A stretch of 64,000 bases of DNA from Euzebyales bacterium (GCA_035461305.1 DATHVN010000076.1:667-64666); one strand, 5' to 3'; counted from the stretch's first letter, positions 18,969-29,845 are shown. Notes: generated by a model from the letters alone, not told the origin. A program made the numbers and translations.

Positions 18969-19955
18969 TCAGAACAGCCGGGCGTTCTCAGCGAGCACCG
19001 CCAGCCAGTGGTTGGTCCGCTCCGCGTTCGTGAGGTCGCTCCAGTGGGCGAACAGGTCCACGGCGTCGCCGAGTGGACGCCGGCCCTCGGCCTGGTGGAT
19101 CTCCAGCATGAACGACGGCCGCCCGGACGGTGCTGCGGCGGCAACGGCCGTGTCCACGATGGCCCGCAGGCCGTCCGGCCCGTACATGGTGTCCAGTGCA
19201 CGACGCCCCTGGTAGGCGAACGTCAGCGGCACCCGCGTGAGGAAGCTGATGTGGTCCGACACGCCGGCGACCAGCGGGTGGCCGTCGTGCACGTGGAAGT
19301 GCAGCGGCTTGCCGGCCCGTGACAGGGTCCGGGTCATCGTCAGGACGGTCGGCAACGCCGTTGCCACCGCCCGCTGCAGGTCATCGACGTGACGCACCAG
19401 CAGCTCGTCGTCGGTCTGCAGGCGCGCGATTTGAACGCCCGGGCACGATGCGGCGAACGCGCGGTGGGCCTGGTAGATGCCGACATGACCGACGTCGACG
19501 CACAGGCTGACGGACGTGATGTCGGCCAGCCTGGCCCCGAGATCGCCGAACCACGCCGGATCGTGGCCGGCCGCGTACTCGAGGAAGAGCATCGGCCGGC
19601 AACCCGCGACCTCGGCGTCGAACCGACGCAGGACCGCGACCAGCTCGTCGGTGCGCTCGGCCATGTGCTTCGTGTCGTGAACCACGAAGCCAGCCACCCG
19701 GCCGTCGAAGTTCTGCACGAACGCGGCGACCTTCGCCCGGTCCTCGCGTGACAGCAGGTCCAGCCCGCGGTCCAGGTGCACGGTCGGCGGCGCGATCCAA
19801 TCCGGCGCGTACCTCAGCGCGTGCTCGAGCGAGTCGATGTCATCGGCGTGCAACTCCGCGCCGAGACCGGCCTGTTCGAACCGCAGCCGAGCGAGCCGCA
19901 GCAGCGCGTCGTCGCCGGCGACGCGCTGCTGGAACAACGCTCGAAGCTTCTGCAC
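18969..19955 (-). CDS. Hypothetical protein, xylose-isomerase-like TIM-barrel (sugar phosphate isomerase/epimerase) pattern
   Basis: ORF 18969..20006 begins at TTG; I prefer GTG 19955 after GGAGGGG. ..FVVHDTKH..LFLEYAAG..LCVDVGHV..HFHVHDG.. suggests metal-binding TIM-barrel motifs. Confidence 0.45.
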   Translation of the reverse strand: MQKLRALFQQRVAGDDALLRLARLRFEQAGLGAELHADDIDSLEHALRYAPDWIAPPTVHLDRGLDLLSREDRAKVAAFVQNFDGRVAGFVVHDTKHMAERTDELVAVLRRFDAEVAGCRPMLFLEYAAGHDPAWFGDLGARLADITSVSLCVDVGHVGIYQAHRAFAASCPGVQIARLQTDDELLVRHVDDLQRAVATALPTVLTMTRTLSRAGKPLHFHVHDGHPLVAGVSDHISFLTRVPLTFAYQGRRALDTMYGPDGLRAIVDTAVAAAAPSGRPSFMLEIHQAEGRRPLGDAVDLFAHWSDLTNAERTNHWLAVLAENARLF

Positions 19956-20046
19956 CCGCCCCTCCGTGTCGGAACGCCGATGATGCCCCGCGTCGGAGCG
20001 CTTCAACCTCTCCGCTCAAGCGGCCGGTAGAGGCTCGGGCAGGCCT

Positions 20047-20604
20047 GTGAACACGGCGCTGATCGACGCGGCGTGCGAGCTCATCCCCGAGGTGGGCTGG
20101 GGATCGGTCACCACCAGGGGCGTGGCGGCACGGGCCGGTGTCCGGCCCGGGCTGGTCCACTACCACTTCGACTCAGTCGAGGCGCTGCTCGTGGTCGCCG
20201 CGACGCGGGCCGCCGACGGTCTGGTCGACGAGGTCCGCGACGTGCTGGCCGACGCGCCAGACATCGCCTCCGGGATCGACGTGCTCGTCGCGACGACCGC
20301 CGCAGTCGGCGATCGGGGCCCGGCGAGGCTGCTGCTGACCGAGGCGTCCCTGGCCGCCGCGCGGATCCCGGACCTGCGGGTCGCCCTGACCGCGTCGCTG
20401 GCCGACCTGCGCACCGTGCTCGCGACGTGGCTGCGGCACCGCGGGCACGACGGCGACGCCGACGCGACAGCGGCGGTCATCACCGCCGCACTCGATGGCT
20501 GGGCCCTGCACCGCGCCGCCGACCGGTCCCTGGATGTCACGCCGTTCCGCAACGGCCTGCGGACGCTTGCCACCGTTGGACCCGAAGGGAGCGGACCGGA
20601 GTGA
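20047..20604 (+). CDS. TetR family transcriptional regulator
   Basis: N-terminal HTH (LIDAACELIPEVGWGSVTTRGVAARAGVRPGLVHYHFDS) and a helical C-terminal domain. Confidence 0.75.
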   Translation: MNTALIDAACELIPEVGWGSVTTRGVAARAGVRPGLVHYHFDSVEALLVVAATRAADGLVDEVRDVLADAPDIASGIDVLVATTAAVGDRGPARLLLTEASLAAARIPDLRVALTASLADLRTVLATWLRHRGHDGDADATAAVITAALDGWALHRAADRSLDVTPFRNGLRTLATVGPEGSGPE

Positions 20605-21010
20605 GAGCACTGATCTGCGGCACCGGGATCGCCGACTGGCGACGGCGTGGTGGCTCGACCGCACCGGCTGGGACGTCGTCGTCGAGCAGGCCGTGCGCCT
20701 GCGCGACGAGGGTACATGATCGACTTCTGGGACGCCGGCTACGACGTGGCCGAGCGGATGGGGCTGCTCCCCCGCCTGCGCGACGTCGCCTACCATGTCG
20801 ACCGCGTCAGCTGCGTCGACGCGGCCGGGCGCGAGGTCAGCCACATCGACTACGACCTGTTCGCGCGAATGCAAGCCGGCCGGCTGCTCACCCTCATGCG
20901 CGGCGACCTCGAGCACGCGCTCTACGACGCGCTGGCCGACGGCGTCGACCTGCGGTGCGATCGCAGCATCGCGCGGATCGACGGCGACGGCGCCTACCCG
21001 TCCGGCGCAG
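20601..21010 (+). pseudogene. FAD-dependent monooxygenase fragment, frameshifted and 3'-truncated
   Basis: GTG 20601 overlaps the TetR stop (GTGA). VRALICGTGIA, shift, GLATAWWLDRTGWDVVVEQAVRLRDEG, shift, YMIDFWDAGYDVAERMGLLPRL..TLMRGDLEHALYDAL... Homology is lost after ~130 codons. Confidence 0.55.
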
Positions 21011-21168
21011 GTCGCCGCATCAGGACATGGCGCACCACGACGGCCGTCACCTCCGCCTCTCGGAGGACCGTGTATCGCGACCCCGGCGACACACCGACCA
21101 ACGACGACGGTCGCTTCGTTGGACGCCGCCGGGCGGCGCCGCGAGCCTCGCGGCTCTGCGGGGCTGGC

Positions 21169-21579
21169 TCAGCCGCTCGCGTCGAGCTCGCGGACGAGCG
21201 TCTTCGGCGCGACGCAGCGGTACGACGAGACCACGATCGCGGCGATCTCCTCCCAGTCGACGTCGACGTCGAGCCGCACGCCGATCCAGCCGCGGTGCCC
21301 GACGTAGGGCGGGCGGAAGAACCGCTCCGGCTCCTCGCGGATCAGGTCCTCCTGCGCGCCGTCCGGCGCAGCGCACACCAGCGCCAGCCGGCCGTCGCCG
21401 TGGTGGTCGTCGGTAAGGTAGCCCACGGTCCGCCTGCCCCGGACGAAGAAGGTGATGGCGCCGTGGCTGCGACGCTCGGTGACCTCCGGCAGGTCGGCGC
21501 AGATCCCGCGGAGCCGATCCGCGGCCACCGCGACGTCGTCGTCGGTGTAGGGCAGGTCCTCCCGCGGCGTCGACTCCAT
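21169..21579 (-). CDS. MmcQ/YjbR family DNA-binding protein
   Basis: ..ICADLPEVTERRSHGAITFFVRGRRTVGYL..PPYVGHRGWIGVRLDVDVDWEEIAAIVVSSY; start at ATG 21579. Confidence 0.6.
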   Translation of the reverse strand: MESTPREDLPYTDDDVAVAADRLRGICADLPEVTERRSHGAITFFVRGRRTVGYLTDDHHGDGRLALVCAAPDGAQEDLIREEPERFFRPPYVGHRGWIGVRLDVDVDWEEIAAIVVSSYRCVAPKTLVRELDASG

Positions 21580-21742
21580 CACGGGCAGTGTCGCATGCCC
21601 GTGCACGACCGCGGAAGGGGTCGCGGACCGTCAGTGGCGCCGGAACGTCGATCATGACCTCAGATCCCGTCTGGGGCTGGCGACGACGTCGATTGCGGCG
21701 CACACTGGGACCACGTGTCACGCGACGAGCGTTGGAGCCACG

Positions 21743-22438
21743 ATGTCGGTCGCCCACCCGTACCCACCCGAGCACGTCCCGGTCCTGTCACGCGGCAAGC
21801 ACCGGAACGCACGCAAGGGCGCCTGCTTCATGGAGTTCGCGTCCTACCTCGCCGGCGAACGCTGGAGCGACCACCCGAGCTGCACCCACCCGTTGCTCGC
21901 AGCGCTCGCCCGCGGCGTCAACGATCACACGTCCGACGAGGGCCGCCAGCGCCTCGCTCCGCTGATCCCCTCGGTGATCGGCCTGACCGGCGACGATCTC
22001 CGGGTGGATGCTCGGATCGCGTTGCTGTGCGCGCGGACGGCGCTGCCGGTCGTGGCCGTCGAGCAGCAGCGCGTCATGGCCGTCGGCGTGCTGTCGTGCG
22101 AGCGCGTGCTGGAGCACCTCGGCGAGCCCCACACGTCGAGTCCCCACGAGGCCAGCCGCAGGGCGGTCGAGCAGGCGCCGCACGCCATGCAATGGGCCCG
22201 ACGCTTCACCGATGAGCTCGCTCCGTCGGTCAAGCGCTTCCGTCGCGTCGCCGCGCCGAGCATCGTGGCGAACGCGGTGAAGGGGATCTCCGACGCGTGC
22301 GTGCCCGATGCTGACGAGCTGCTGCTACGGCTGCTGGTCGACGCGATCGGTGAGTGCCGCCTGGTGCTGTCACTGGACGCCGAGACGACCGGGCGTGTCG
22401 GCGCCGACCCGTCACTCGGCCGGGCCGCCTCCCGCTGA
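21743..22438 (+). CDS. Conserved hypothetical protein
   Basis: 231-aa ORF with non-repetitive composition and good GC3 bias (..SRGKHRNARKGACFMEFASYLAGERWSDHPSCTHPLLA..). No domain recognised. Confidence 0.55.
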   Translation: MSVAHPYPPEHVPVLSRGKHRNARKGACFMEFASYLAGERWSDHPSCTHPLLAALARGVNDHTSDEGRQRLAPLIPSVIGLTGDDLRVDARIALLCARTALPVVAVEQQRVMAVGVLSCERVLEHLGEPHTSSPHEASRRAVEQAPHAMQWARRFTDELAPSVKRFRRVAAPSIVANAVKGISDACVPDADELLLRLLVDAIGECRLVLSLDAETTGRVGADPSLGRAASR

Positions 22439-22531
22439 CGGCACGCGCCCACGAGGCCCGCGGGCATCCAGTACCGCGGCGGCGTGGCACGGCTGCCGCG
22501 CGCGACCGACGCCCCTCCGAGAGCGGCAGGC

Positions 22532-25111
22532 TCATGTCGTGGGGGCCAGCCGGTCGCTGAGCGCGATGCGCAGGGCCTCGTCCAACGGCATGACGCGTCC
22601 GCGGGCCTGCCAGCGCTGCAGGTCGCCGCCCGCACGCTCGGCGATCAGCGCCCTGATCCGCTCGTTCTCCGGCACGTCGCCGGCGACCTCGCGCAGGTCG
22701 AGCCGTTGAGCGGTCGCTTCGGCGGACGCCACCAGCACCGCCGCATCCTCGACCCGCCCCTGCCGTACGAGCGCACCCGCCAGGGCGATGGCGACCCAGG
22801 GCAGCTGGCTGCGGTGTCCGTACCGCCGGTGGAGGTCGACCGCGTGACGTGCGAGCTCGACGGCCTCGTCCAACGCGCCGCGGTGCGTCGCGATGTACAC
22901 CCGGTTGCCGTGGCACACCGCGTCGCGCTGGTGGTCTCCGGTCGCGCGTCCCAGCTCGATGCCTGCGCGGTACGCGGCGTCCGCGGTGTCGTCATCGCCA
23001 TGGATGCGTGACAGCTCACCCTCGACGTTGCACCCGATCCCGACGAGCACCGGGGCGGCGGCGGCCCGAGCGAGGCCCGTGCCGTGGCGTACCAGCGCGA
23101 GCGCTCGCTCGTAGTCCTCGGCGGACCCGAGGTAGGTGTGGGCCACGTCGATCGTCGCGTACGCCTCGTACAGCTCGTCCCCGGTCGTCCGCGCCACGTC
23201 GAGCGCGTGCTGCACCTCCCGGCGTGCCTGGACCAGGTCGAGCTGGCCGAAGTGCACGAAGCCGCACGTGATCGCCCGCCTGATGTCCAGCGCGGGCGGC
23301 ACGGCGACGTCACGCACGGCGAGCATCCAGCGACGTGCCAGGTGCACCATGCCGGTCCGGTGGAAGTACAGGCCGAGCGCACCGAACAGGCGGGCGGCGT
23401 CGACCGGCCGGTCGGCGACGTTCCACGCGAACGCCCGGGTCAGGTCGGGGAGCTCCGCGTCGATCCTCTGGACCCACAGGTCGGGCTGCGACCGCAGCAT
23501 GCGCTCCGCCGCATCGTCGGCCCAGGCGGTGAAGTACGCGGCGTGACGCGCGCTCACAGCGTCACGGTCGTCGACGTCGGCCAGCAGCTCGGCGGCGAAC
23601 TCCCTCACGAGCTCGAGCATGCGGACCCGCGTCTCACCGTCGACGCCGCGGCGGTGCTGGAGCAGGCTCTTGTCGACAAGCCCGCCGAGCGCGTCGTCGA
23701 GGCCGTCGCCGACCGCCTCGGCGAGGACGTCGGCGGCCCCGTCCGGACGGAACGGTGCCGAGAACACCGCCAGACGCACCAGGAGTGCCTGCTCGTCGGG
23801 TGTCAGCAGCTCGTAGCTCCATGCGATGGTGTTGCGGATGGTCTGCTGGCGCTCGTGGACGTCGCGCGACCCGCCGGACAGCTGGAGCGGCCGCCGGCGG
23901 AGGCGATGGAGGATCTCGGTCGGCTGCAGCAGGCGGCACTGCGCGGCCGCGAGCTCGATGGCCAGCGGGAGGCCGTCGAGGCGGGTGCAGATCTCCACGA
24001 TGGCGTCACGCTGTGCTGGTCCGAGATCGACGTCGGACCGGACCGAACGCGCCCGGTCGACGAACAGCTCGACCGCCGGGCCGTCCGGCTCCAGGCCCAG
24101 TGGCTCCACGTCGTACACCTGCTCCCCGTTCAGGCGGAGGCGTTCGCGGCTGGTCGCCAGCACGCGTAAATGCGGGGTCTCGTCGATCAGGTCGGACACG
24201 ACCGTCGCGCCGTCGATCACGTGCTCGACGTTGTCGAGGATGAGCAGCGCCCGCTTGTCGGCGACGGCCTCAGCGACCGCCGCCACAGCCCGTGTGTGAC
24301 CTGTCACCGTCACGTCGACGGCGTCGGCCACGACGTCCGCGACCGCGCGGGGGTCGCTGATCCTGGTGAGGTCGGCGAACCACACCGCGTCCGGGCACGC
24401 CGCACCGCTGCGCCACCCGACGTTGATCGCCAGCCGCGTCTTGCCGATCCCGCCGGGACCGAGCAGCGTGACGATGCGGTTGTGCCACAGCAGGTCGAGC
24501 ACGGCGTCGGTCTCGGCCTGCCGCCCGACCAGGGTGCTGGCGGGCAGCGGCAGTGCCGCGGCCCGCGTGAGCATCCGCAGCGGTGGGAACCTCGAGGCCA
24601 GTCCCCGGCCCTCGAGCTGATGCAGCCTGACGGGGTCGTCGATGCCGCGGAGCCGATACGAGCCGAGGTCCGTGCACGTCCAGCCGTCCGGCACGCCAGC
24701 GTTCCTCGTGGCGTCGGACAGCAGGATCTGACCGCCATGCGCCGCGTCCACCACACGCGCGACCAAGTGCACGGCAAGGCCGTAGTAGTCCTGGCTCTCC
24801 AGCTCGGCCGCACCGGTGTGCAGACCCATCCGGACGCGCACGGTCCTCCCGCCCGGCCAGGCGTGGCGAGCCAGCGACCGCTGGGCCGCTGCGGCGGCCC
24901 CGACCGCTGCGGCCGCGTCGGCGAAGACCACGAAGCACGCGTCACCCTCGTGGCCGAACACGACGCCGCCACGCTCGTGTGCTTCGGCCGCGATCACCGC
25001 ACGCTGCGCGGCGATGACCGCAGGATAGGCGTCCGGGTCGCTGGTGACCAGCCGCGTGCTCGCCTCGATGTCCGTGAACAGAAACGTCACGGTGCCCGTG
25101 GGGAGTGTCAT
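22532..25111 (-). CDS. Class III adenylate/guanylate cyclase fused to a STAND P-loop NTPase and TPR-like repeats
   Basis: ATG 25111 (MTLPTGTVTFLFTDIEASTRL..GDACFVVF..RMGLHTGAAE). P-loop LLGPGGIGKTRLA, followed by a long helical-repeat C-terminus. Confidence 0.8.
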   Translation of the reverse strand: MTLPTGTVTFLFTDIEASTRLVTSDPDAYPAVIAAQRAVIAAEAHERGGVVFGHEGDACFVVFADAAAAVGAAAAAQRSLARHAWPGGRTVRVRMGLHTGAAELESQDYYGLAVHLVARVVDAAHGGQILLSDATRNAGVPDGWTCTDLGSYRLRGIDDPVRLHQLEGRGLASRFPPLRMLTRAAALPLPASTLVGRQAETDAVLDLLWHNRIVTLLGPGGIGKTRLAINVGWRSGAACPDAVWFADLTRISDPRAVADVVADAVDVTVTGHTRAVAAVAEAVADKRALLILDNVEHVIDGATVVSDLIDETPHLRVLATSRERLRLNGEQVYDVEPLGLEPDGPAVELFVDRARSVRSDVDLGPAQRDAIVEICTRLDGLPLAIELAAAQCRLLQPTEILHRLRRRPLQLSGGSRDVHERQQTIRNTIAWSYELLTPDEQALLVRLAVFSAPFRPDGAADVLAEAVGDGLDDALGGLVDKSLLQHRRGVDGETRVRMLELVREFAAELLADVDDRDAVSARHAAYFTAWADDAAERMLRSQPDLWVQRIDAELPDLTRAFAWNVADRPVDAARLFGALGLYFHRTGMVHLARRWMLAVRDVAVPPALDIRRAITCGFVHFGQLDLVQARREVQHALDVARTTGDELYEAYATIDVAHTYLGSAEDYERALALVRHGTGLARAAAAPVLVGIGCNVEGELSRIHGDDDTADAAYRAGIELGRATGDHQRDAVCHGNRVYIATHRGALDEAVELARHAVDLHRRYGHRSQLPWVAIALAGALVRQGRVEDAAVLVASAEATAQRLDLREVAGDVPENERIRALIAERAGGDLQRWQARGRVMPLDEALRIALSDRLAPTT

Positions 25112-25289
25112 CTCCGCGATTGTCGCCGCGGGTGGGACCGTCAGCCAGGCCGCACCCATCGGATGGGCGTGATGCACCAGATGTACACCTTCGTTCACGT
25201 GTTCGTACAAGTGGAACTGGCTAACGTCCAGACCATGGGCGCGGGGCCGTGCGGGCGGCTCCCTCACAAGCGGAACGCGGGAGCGTGCG

Positions 25290-26813
25290 ATGCGACACAG
25301 GTTCGTCATGGTCATGGTGCTCACGACAGCGCTGATCACGGGGAGCGTCACGACAGCGGGTGCACAGGTGGACGTCGAGGCTGACCTCGATGTCGTTGTT
25401 GGTGACCCCTTGCCGGCGCTGCCCATCGGCCCCGGACCGCTGTACCCACTCGACCGGTACGGCCCACGTGCCGACGACAACGTGGTGCTGCGCTGGGACG
25501 AGCAGACGCTTGCCGCCATCCGGGCGCTGCACACCGGGCCGACGATCAACGCCCGCGCGGTTGCGATCGTCCACACCGCCATGTACGACGCGTGGGCGGC
25601 GTACGACGAGACCGCCGTCGGAACACGGCTGGGCGATGACCTGCGCCGGCCGGCCTCCGAGCACACGACATCCCACAAGAGCATGGCGATGAGCTACGCC
25701 GCCTACCGTGCGCTGGTCGATCTCTTCCCGGCCAAGGCCGACGACTTCACGGCCTTCATGCGTGCTCTGGGCTACGACCCGAACAACCGCTCGAACAATC
25801 CCGCGACACCTGTCGGCGTCGGCAACCGTGCGACGAAGGCGGTGCTCGACTTTCGCGCCATGGACGGCTCGCACCAATCCGGCGGTTACGCCGACACCAG
25901 CGGATACGAACCGGTCAACACACCCGACACGGTCAACGACCCGTTCCGGTGGCAACCGCTGCGACACCCCGACGGCACCGGCGGAACCGTGGTCCAGAGG
26001 TTCCTGACACCGCACTGGGGGCAGGTCACGCCCTTCGCGTTGACCTCACCCGAGCAGTTCCTGCCCCCGGGCCCAACGATGCGGACCCTGTTGCAGCTCG
26101 ACGAGGAGATCACCGACACCCTGCTGCACAGCGCGTCCCTCACCGACGTCCAGAAGGTGCGGGCCGAGTACTGGGCGGACGGTCCCGCCAGTGAGACGCC
26201 GCCGGGGCACTGGTGCCTCTTCGCGCAGGCGGTCTCCCGCGCGCGCGACCACAGCCTGGACCAGGATGCCAAGCTGTTCTTCGCGCTCGCCAACGCCGAG
26301 CTCGACGCCAGCATCGCCGCGTGGCACGCGAAGCGGAAGTGGGACTACGTCCGGCCGATCACGGCCGTCCGCACACGCATGGAGGGCAGGTGGGTGCTCG
26401 CATGGGCGGGTCCCTACAAGGGCACGCGCCTGATCAGGGGCGAGACGTGGCACCCGTACCAGGCGGCGACGAACCCGAGCCCGCCGTTCGCCGAGTACGT
26501 GTCGGGTCACTCCACGTTCAGCGCGGCGGGTGCGCAGGTCCTGCGGCGCTTCACCGGCAGTGACCTGTTCGGCGCCCGCACCAGCGTTGCACCGGGAGCG
26601 TCCTTCGTGGAGCCGGGGCTCGTGCCGCTGGTCCGGCAGGTGCTCATCTGGCCGACGTTCAGCGACGCGGTTGCCGAGGCCGGCATGTCCCGCCGGTACG
26701 GCGGCATCCACTTCCCGGACGCCGACCTGCACGGGCGGACGATGGGCGAATCGATCGGGCAGCAGGCGTGGTCGAAGGCCCGCACGTTCTTCGACGGGAC
26801 CGCCGGCGGCTGA
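25290..26813 (+). CDS. Secreted vanadium-dependent haloperoxidase / PAP2-superfamily protein
   Basis: Signal peptide MRHRFVMVMVLTTALITGSVTTAGAQ. C-terminal motifs KRKWDYVRP, EYVSGHSTFS, SRRYGGIHF. Confidence 0.7.
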   Translation: MRHRFVMVMVLTTALITGSVTTAGAQVDVEADLDVVVGDPLPALPIGPGPLYPLDRYGPRADDNVVLRWDEQTLAAIRALHTGPTINARAVAIVHTAMYDAWAAYDETAVGTRLGDDLRRPASEHTTSHKSMAMSYAAYRALVDLFPAKADDFTAFMRALGYDPNNRSNNPATPVGVGNRATKAVLDFRAMDGSHQSGGYADTSGYEPVNTPDTVNDPFRWQPLRHPDGTGGTVVQRFLTPHWGQVTPFALTSPEQFLPPGPTMRTLLQLDEEITDTLLHSASLTDVQKVRAEYWADGPASETPPGHWCLFAQAVSRARDHSLDQDAKLFFALANAELDASIAAWHAKRKWDYVRPITAVRTRMEGRWVLAWAGPYKGTRLIRGETWHPYQAATNPSPPFAEYVSGHSTFSAAGAQVLRRFTGSDLFGARTSVAPGASFVEPGLVPLVRQVLIWPTFSDAVAEAGMSRRYGGIHFPDADLHGRTMGESIGQQAWSKARTFFDGTAGG

Positions 26814-26922
26814 CCCACGTCCCGTGCACCGCGATGAGTTCCTGGCCGCAGCGTCGTCTGTCAGGGGTGAGGGCGTCGACGCCGCCGCGTCGCGCCGCCC
26901 ATCGACCCCAGTGGAGCAGGTC

Positions 26923-27574
26923 ATGCCGAAGCTACGGGTGCACAACCTCTCGATCTCGCTCGATGGCTACGCCGCCGGACCGCACCAGTGCCGCGACCAT
27001 CCCCTCGGCATCGGCGGCGAGCGCCTGCACGACTGGGCGTTCGCAACGCGCACGTTCCGGCGGATGCACGGCATGGAGGGCGGCGGGACCGGTCTCGACG
27101 ACGACCTCGCCGCGCAGGGCAGCCAGGGCATCGGCGCCGGGATCATGGGGCGCAACATGTTCGGGCCGGTCCGTGGGCCGTTGGGGTGACGAGCAGTGGG
27201 ACGGCTGGTGGGGCGACGACCCGCCCTTCCACCACCCGATCTTCGTGCTGACCCACCACCCGCGACCGGCGGTCGAGATGCAGGGCGGCACGACGTTCCA
27301 CTTCGTCACCGACGGCATCGAGGCGGCATTGGAGCGCGCCTTCGCGGCTGCGGACGGCCTGGACGTCAGTGTCAACGGTGGCCCGGCGACGATCCGGCAG
27401 TACCTGCGGGCCGGGCTGATCGACGAGCTGCACGTCGCCATCGCGCCGCTGCTGCTGGGCGCCGGTGAGCACCTGTTCGGCGACCTGGGCGACGCCGTCG
27501 ACGGCTACGAGTGCGTCGAGCTGACCAGCTCCCCGGCGGCGGCGCACATGCGCCTGGTGCGGACCACGCCGTGA
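26923..27574 (+). pseudogene. Dihydrofolate-reductase-family (RibD C-terminal domain) protein with one frameshift (or assembly error)
   Basis: ATG 26923 (MPKLRVHNLSISLDGYAAGP..IMGRNMFGPVRGP) continues in another frame as WGDEQWDGWWGDDPPFHHPIFVLTHH..VNGGPATIRQYLRAGLIDELHVAIAPLLLG... A 1-nt insertion lies near 27181. Confidence 0.65.
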
Positions 27575-29845
27575 TCAGGCCGACTGCAAGCGGGCGAGCC
27601 ACTCGTCGAGCATCTGCTTCGTGAACCCCGTGTCCGGGAAGACCGCGAGCGTCTCCATCGGCATCGCGCCGATCATCGCGAGCAGGTCGTCGTCGTGCAG
27701 CGGACTGTCGCCGTCGCCAACCGTCGCGAGCACCTCGCGTCCCTGCGGATCTGCCAGCCACTCGTGCAGCGTCGACCTCGGCGTCAGTGGACCGGCGATC
27801 GACGGCGCGTCGAGGGTGATCGTCTCGGCGGCCCCCAGGTCGCGTGACGACGAGCCGACCTCGATCACGAAGTCGCCGGCCTCGACCGCCCAGCGCCCGA
27901 GCTGGACCGACCAGAAGGCGAAGGCGCGCTGGTCGAGCGAGATCGTGACCCGGCGCCGCTCCCCCGGCTCGAGCCACACCTTGGCGGCGCCCTTCAGCTC
28001 GCGGACTGGGCGGGCGACCGACGCCTCGACGTCGCCGACGTAGACCTGCACGACCTCGCCGCCGGCGACCCCGCCCGTGTTGGTGACGGTGGCGCTGACC
28101 TCCACGTCGAGGTCGCCGTCGGCCACCGAGCCCGACACCGCCACGTCGATGTCGTCAATCTCGAACGTCGTGTAGGACAGCCCGAACCCGAACGGGTAGC
28201 TGACCCGCTGGTCCAGCGCGTCGTGCCCGCGGTAGCCGACGAACACGCCCTCGCCGTAGCGGACGACCCCCCGGTCACCGGGGAAGTTCAGGTACGCCGA
28301 GTTGTCCTCCAGCCGCAGCGGGATCGTCTCCGCCAGCTTGCCCGAAGGGTTCGCGAGGCCCAGCAGCAGGTCGGCAGCTGCGCCACCGGCGGCCTGCCCC
28401 GACAGCCAGCACTCCAGGATCGCCGCCACGTCGCCGTCCCAGTCCGACACCTTCACCGCGGACCCGTTGGCCAGCACGACGACCGCGCGATCGTGCACGG
28501 CCGCCACGGACCGCAGCAGGGCGACCTGGGTCGCCGGCAGGTCCATGTCGGACCGGTCGTAGCCCTCTGACTCGTCGACCGCCGGGAGCCCGAGGAACAC
28601 CACGACGTGATCGGCGTCGCGGGCCAGTGCGACGGCCTCATCGCGCAGCGCGGCGTCATCGGTGTCGTCAACGCGGAACCCCGCGGCGAAGCGAACGTCG
28701 ACGCCCGGGCCGACGCCGACGGTCAGCTCGTCGAGCGCGACGTCGATGCGCGTCGGGTTGACGTGCGAGCTGCCCGCCCCCTGGTAGCGGGGGGTGCGGG
28801 CGAACTCGCCGATGACCGCCAGCGTCTCGCCGGCGACTGGTCGCAGCGGCAGCACGCCACGGTCGTTGCGCAGCAGCACCGCGGACTCGTGGGCCGCCCG
28901 GCGCGCCAGGGCGTGGTGCGCGTCGACGTCGACCTCGACGTGCTCGCGCAGTGCTGACTGGGACCGGTAGACCAGGTCCAGCACCCTGCGCACAGACGCG
29001 TCGAGCACCGCCTCGTTCAGCGCCCCCGATCGTACGGCTTCGACGACCGCGGCGTCGCTGACGCCCAGGTGCGGGGGCATCTCCAGGTCGAGCCCGGCGC
29101 GCAGCGCCGCGACCCGATCGTGGACGGCGCCCCAGTCCGACACGACCAGCCCCTCGAACCCCCATTGCTCACGCAGGACCTCGGTCAGCAGCCAGCGGTG
29201 CTCCGATGCGTGGGTGCCGTTGATGCGGTTGTAGGAGCACATGACCGTCCACGGCCGCGCCCCGGTCACGACGCGCTCGAACGCCGGGAGGTAGACCTCT
29301 CGCAGGGTGCGCTCGTCGACCTCGGCGCTGACCCGCATGCGGTCGTGCTCCTGGTTGTTCGCCGCGAAGTGCTTCAGCGACGTGCCGACGCCCCCGCGCT
29401 GGACGCCCTGGACCATCGCGGTCGCCAGCTCACCGGCCAGCCACGGGTCCTCCGCCACGTACTCGAAGTTCCGCCCGCACAGCGGCGACCGCTTGATGTT
29501 GATCCCGGGCCCGAGCAGGACGGAGACGCCCACACCGCGGGCCTCAACGGCCAGCGCCGCGCCGACCTCGGCGAACAGCGCCGGGTTCCACGAGCTCGCC
29601 AGGCCCGCCGCCGTAGGAAAGCACGTCGCCGGCGCGCTCGCCGACAGGCTGATGTCGCCAGCGTCGTTGACCTGGGCGCGCAGCCCGTGCGGGCCGTCGG
29701 ACACCATGATCCGCGGGACGCCAAGGCGCTCGACCGCGGCGGTGTGCCACATGTCCGAGCCACTGCACAGCAACGCCTTCTCATCCAGCGTCAGCTCGGC
29801 GACGAGCGCCTCGACGTCCCGCGCGGACGATGCCTGCTCGGTCAT
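27575..29845 (-). CDS. Glycoside hydrolase family 3 beta-glucosidase
   Basis: ATG 29845 follows AAGGAG. SDGPHGLR, KHFAANNQE, GLVVSDWGA nucleophile region, and a C-terminal FnIII-like domain. Confidence 0.85.
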   Translation of the reverse strand: MTEQASSARDVEALVAELTLDEKALLCSGSDMWHTAAVERLGVPRIMVSDGPHGLRAQVNDAGDISLSASAPATCFPTAAGLASSWNPALFAEVGAALAVEARGVGVSVLLGPGINIKRSPLCGRNFEYVAEDPWLAGELATAMVQGVQRGGVGTSLKHFAANNQEHDRMRVSAEVDERTLREVYLPAFERVVTGARPWTVMCSYNRINGTHASEHRWLLTEVLREQWGFEGLVVSDWGAVHDRVAALRAGLDLEMPPHLGVSDAAVVEAVRSGALNEAVLDASVRRVLDLVYRSQSALREHVEVDVDAHHALARRAAHESAVLLRNDRGVLPLRPVAGETLAVIGEFARTPRYQGAGSSHVNPTRIDVALDELTVGVGPGVDVRFAAGFRVDDTDDAALRDEAVALARDADHVVVFLGLPAVDESEGYDRSDMDLPATQVALLRSVAAVHDRAVVVLANGSAVKVSDWDGDVAAILECWLSGQAAGGAAADLLLGLANPSGKLAETIPLRLEDNSAYLNFPGDRGVVRYGEGVFVGYRGHDALDQRVSYPFGFGLSYTTFEIDDIDVAVSGSVADGDLDVEVSATVTNTGGVAGGEVVQVYVGDVEASVARPVRELKGAAKVWLEPGERRRVTISLDQRAFAFWSVQLGRWAVEAGDFVIEVGSSSRDLGAAETITLDAPSIAGPLTPRSTLHEWLADPQGREVLATVGDGDSPLHDDDLLAMIGAMPMETLAVFPDTGFTKQMLDEWLARLQSA

